A stretch of 64,000 nucleotides of DNA from Puccinia triticina. Its lineage: Eukaryota. Position numbers and translations under genes: made by a program. The stretch spans positions 4,216,001 to 4,280,000 of the forward strand of contig CP110440.1 in NCBI GenBank assembly GCA_026914245.1, in the 5' to 3' direction. A model generated the notes under the pieces. The model saw only the letters and a program-made list of their open reading frames with translations. It did not search any database and had not been told where the DNA came from. Shown piece by piece: positions 60,704 through 64,000 of the stretch (position 1 is its first letter; the number at the start of each line of letters is the position of its first letter).

Positions 60704-62195
60704 TTGTTCCTTCCAGCCACCACAAAAGGCACATTGCAGCACGACTTTCAAGCTCTATTTCCCAAAACCGGGCAAAGTAGGATGGAATACCGTCAAGACC
60801 AAGAAAGTTTTTTCTTTAACTTTCAATATAGGCTCACTGAGCCTTGTCGAATTTCGCAGCCTTGTTGCTACAGAGGCCGGCAAGATTTTGGACGGTGCTG
60901 ATGAACTCATCAATAACGCGGTCCCCAAAGGAACTCTTTCCTGGCAGGTATCAATGGCTTACAAGTCTACTCCAGAGTTCTGTAAAAAGCTCAACTACAC
61001 AATCAACAATGAAGAGTCCTATTCGCACTGGATCAAAACAATGAAAGCGAATCTCCTGGATCACACCCATGCCGGCCTCCACGTTGAGATGAATAATCCA
61101 GTAGCTGTTGCGAAAGAAGCTCAGATTGATGTTGACATCAGAACCCACGTGTTAACTGAGAGGGCCGCCCAGATCGCCGCGGGCTCTGCCTCTGCATCGG
61201 CAACTTCCGTTCCCGGCTCAAATCCAAAAGCCAGCGACTTCAATGCCCTTGATGTGGTCATGAACCATATCTATGCAAAGCACCCGCCCAACGTCAAATA
61301 TATGTCGAAATGGCCGGTGTACATTGATCCGACAGACCCCTGCCGATACATCCCCTTGACGGCTCATAACACCCAACTCTGGGCGCGTGAAATAGTACGT
61401 TAACTTGGTCCTAAATTTTATTACACTGATGATACTGGCTGACTCTGTTGAATTGCCTGATTGTAGTTAAAAGAAGTCGATGGTTTTAACTATAATGCAC
61501 CCCCAGCCTCGCTTCAATTTGAGAAGCTTTCAGCCTACAAGAAGAGGAAATTGTCTGATGAGCTAAACTCAGACTGATGCAAGCGGGCACGAGGCGACGG
61601 CGAGTGAAGATGGGTGTGAAAGGATGAGTAATCATTGAGCACAGGAAAAACAAGAAGAAAGAAAAAGAAAACACAATACTATACCTGATGCGAGCGGGCA
61701 CGAGGCAACGGCGAGTGAAGATGGGTGTGAAAGGACGAGGAGAGAATCCTTCCACGCCCGCTGCATCAGGAAGACTAGCTACAATGTGTAACATGTGAGT
61801 GACAAAGAAAAAGAATGTGACATGTGTGAAGCAGAGAAACAAAAGGAAAATGGAAACAACCATTGACTAGATCAACATTGTCGCATGTTGTCGTGGAGGA
61901 AACACACCCTGAACCTTATCACAACTCCGCCGCCGCCGAGGAATTGGACAGCTCCTCGGTAGTAGAACCCAATGAAGATCTCATGGCGGAGTACCTTGAC
62001 TTCGTCAAAATCAAGCCAAGTAAGAAAGAGGAAGTCCTTCAAATCCTTGTCGAGAAAGATATCACCCATCCTAGCTTCTTGAAATCCGCTAGTATTACTC
62101 AAGACACATGGCCCGTTGGGGCTTGTCTCCTGGCATCATTGCCCAGTTAAGAAACAACACTAAGAAATTTGAGAAGCGCCGTGCTCCTCAATAGC
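60704..62195 (+). pseudogene. Decayed spliced gene of unknown function, probably the accessory gene of the adjacent Tc1-like element
   Basis: ORF pieces ...PVYIDPTDPCRYIPLT...WAREI, an intron, then PPASLQFEKL...KKRK, a solo LTR, then LMAEYLDFVKI...DITHPSFLKS. Frameshifted; convergent with the transposase. Confidence 0.5.
61556..61862. mobile_element. Short solo LTR with internal direct repeat
   Basis: TG...CA termini, TSD TTGTC/TTGAC, about 55-bp internal duplication; architecture like 33474-33761. Confidence 0.65.
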
Positions 62196-62584
62196 GGACA
62201 TTTACAGATCTTGCTTTTCTTTCTGTATCATCTCATTTTTTTCTCATGTCCGTATCATCTCGACAGACAATCATCATAGATCTCATCCATCATCATTAGA
62301 ACTAGACAGTTTCCCTTTTCATGTCTGTATCATCTCAACACCGCGCTCCACGGAGTATTGGTTACTTCTAAGGAACACCGCGCTCCTCAATCCTCAATAG
62401 CAGAGAATATCTCTTTTTTATTTTCCCTCTATCACCGCATGTACTTTTGAAACACAAGGATTTCCAACAATGTAGCTATGAAATCACACTACTAACTGAA
62501 GCAATTGAGACATGTTTGGGAGGGAAAAGTAAAGGAAAGGGGCTCAGAGATGTAAGAACACGGAATAGGGAAAAGGAAAGGGGA

Positions 62585-63010
62585 TCAGACATGTAAAGGC
62601 ATGGAAGGACTCAGAATGGACGGACTGTGAGCACTCAGAGGAATAAAACTGGACTCAGACATGTGTATTGGACTTGAAGGTTGGACTTGGGATAGCACTT
62701 GGAGGAAGGACTTGGGATAGCACTGGGAGGAATAAAACAGGACTCGGACATGTGTATTGGACTGGTTGGACTTGAAGGCACTCGGACAACTTATTGGACT
62801 TGGGATCGGACTTGACGGCAGCACTTGGAGGAATAAAACAGGACTGGGACATGTGTATCGGACTGGTAGGACTTGAAGGCATTCGGACAACTTATTGGAC
62901 TCGGGATCGGACTTGAAGGCAGCACTCTGAGGAATAAAACAGGACTCTGACATGTGTATCGGACTGGACTTGAAGGCACTCGGGGAAAGGACTCGGACGT
63001 ATCGGACTCG
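62585..63010 (+). repeat. About 101-bp tandem repeat built of GGACT sub-repeats
   Basis: GAATAAAACAGGACT recurs at about 62730, 62831 and 62932, with a degenerate copy at 62641. Confidence 0.85.
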
Positions 63011-64000
63011 AATTCATTGGGTTGGCACACAGTATCCGCATTGGCGGTATAACTTGTAGCACAACTCGGCTGTCAATGTTTCACCAGCAACTTGGCGGAT
63101 CTCCCATTCTGGGTTGTCGGTGTGATTCAAGAGCTGTGAGTCCCTCAAGTGCTGCTTGATTGCCGCAAAACAGAGTTTGATAGGGTTCAACTCCGGGCAA
63201 TAGGGCGGCAGGAAAAGAAGTCGTACCCCGGCGGCATGGCAAAGCTCTCGGACACGATTGCCTCAATGGATCGCCGCGTTGTCGGCCACAAGGACTGAGT
63301 TCACATCTGGGTACCTATTCATTCGAGGGAGCTAAAAGGAAAGGGTTAGATTAGAAAGGATAGGGAGATCATAAGGAAAAAGACTCACCAAGTCAAATTC
63401 TAGGAAGTGTTCAAACTTCCAACCATTGAACGTCTCAGCTGTAGTGGTGAGGGCCACAAGTCCATCAATCGAGATGGCTGGGAGTAAGCTGAGGCGATCT
63501 GGGTTCTGGTTGACAATGAACCTTGCCGAGGGGGTTCCTTTTTTGGACATCACATATGTTTGGAGGAGATCCTTGTCTGCAAAGGAGCTCTCATCTGAGC
63601 AGGATAAGAGACGAAAATGGTTTGTCAGCTGATACCAATGAAAAGAGAATCAATCAGCTTACCGGTGAAGACCAAGAATTCCGCAGGGTAGTACTCCATG
63701 CGTTCAACATACGCATACTTTGCTGCGAGGGACTTGCGGATATTCTTTGTGTCCGGTTTTTTCAACGTGATCGAGAGTTTCTCAACAAGAGTCCTGTGAA
63801 CACCTGAGGTACTCAGGAGGACACCGGAAGAGTCGTACAATTGCTCTTGGATTTCGTCCAGGAAGAGGCCGGGCTCGGAGCGTACAAGCTCTATCATGAA
63901 GTTACACTCATTTCAAGTGAGACTGGAAGGTCGTCCGCGGGCCTTGTAGCCATTGGGGTCCTTGATGATGCAGCGGGTTTCGTTGACGAGGTGCTTCCAT
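63010..64000 (-). pseudogene. IS630/Tc1-like (DDE_3) transposase, spliced and disrupted, runs off the window
   Basis: PGLFLDEIQEQL, FLVF..DES, SLLPAISIDG, NSVLVADNAAIH*, LPPYCPELNPIK. Confidence 0.85.

Overview
Eukaryotic fungal DNA, most likely a rust fungus (Puccinia-like). This is inferred from short GT-AG introns, the TE families present and TpCpG-type hypermutation. A GC-rich gene island at about 6-11 kb holds two convergent spliced genes: a farnesyl/geranylgeranyltransferase alpha subunit (RAM2) and an AhpC/TSA (PRXL2-like) redoxin whose CxxC position reads SxxS. The rest is a nested TE graveyard (hAT, PIF/Harbinger, CACTA-like, Tc1/pogo, IS3EU, Helitron fragment, Gypsy, chromovirus, DIRS/Ngaro-type, at least 9 solo LTRs). 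Embedded in it are three same-orientation paralogs of a small secreted Cys-rich candidate effector (12014, 38797, 49181) with conserved signal peptide and flanks, a hypervariable core and three different stop codons. Most notable items: (1) the effector family; (2) an 11.9-kb Gypsy element with a 7-exon antisense gene and its own TATA box, a -1 frameshift signal between protease and RT, and an apparent CCGG target preference; (3) a 214-bp solo LTR carrying a tRNA-like Pol III cassette. All calls were made by eye from the sequence; no database searches were run.
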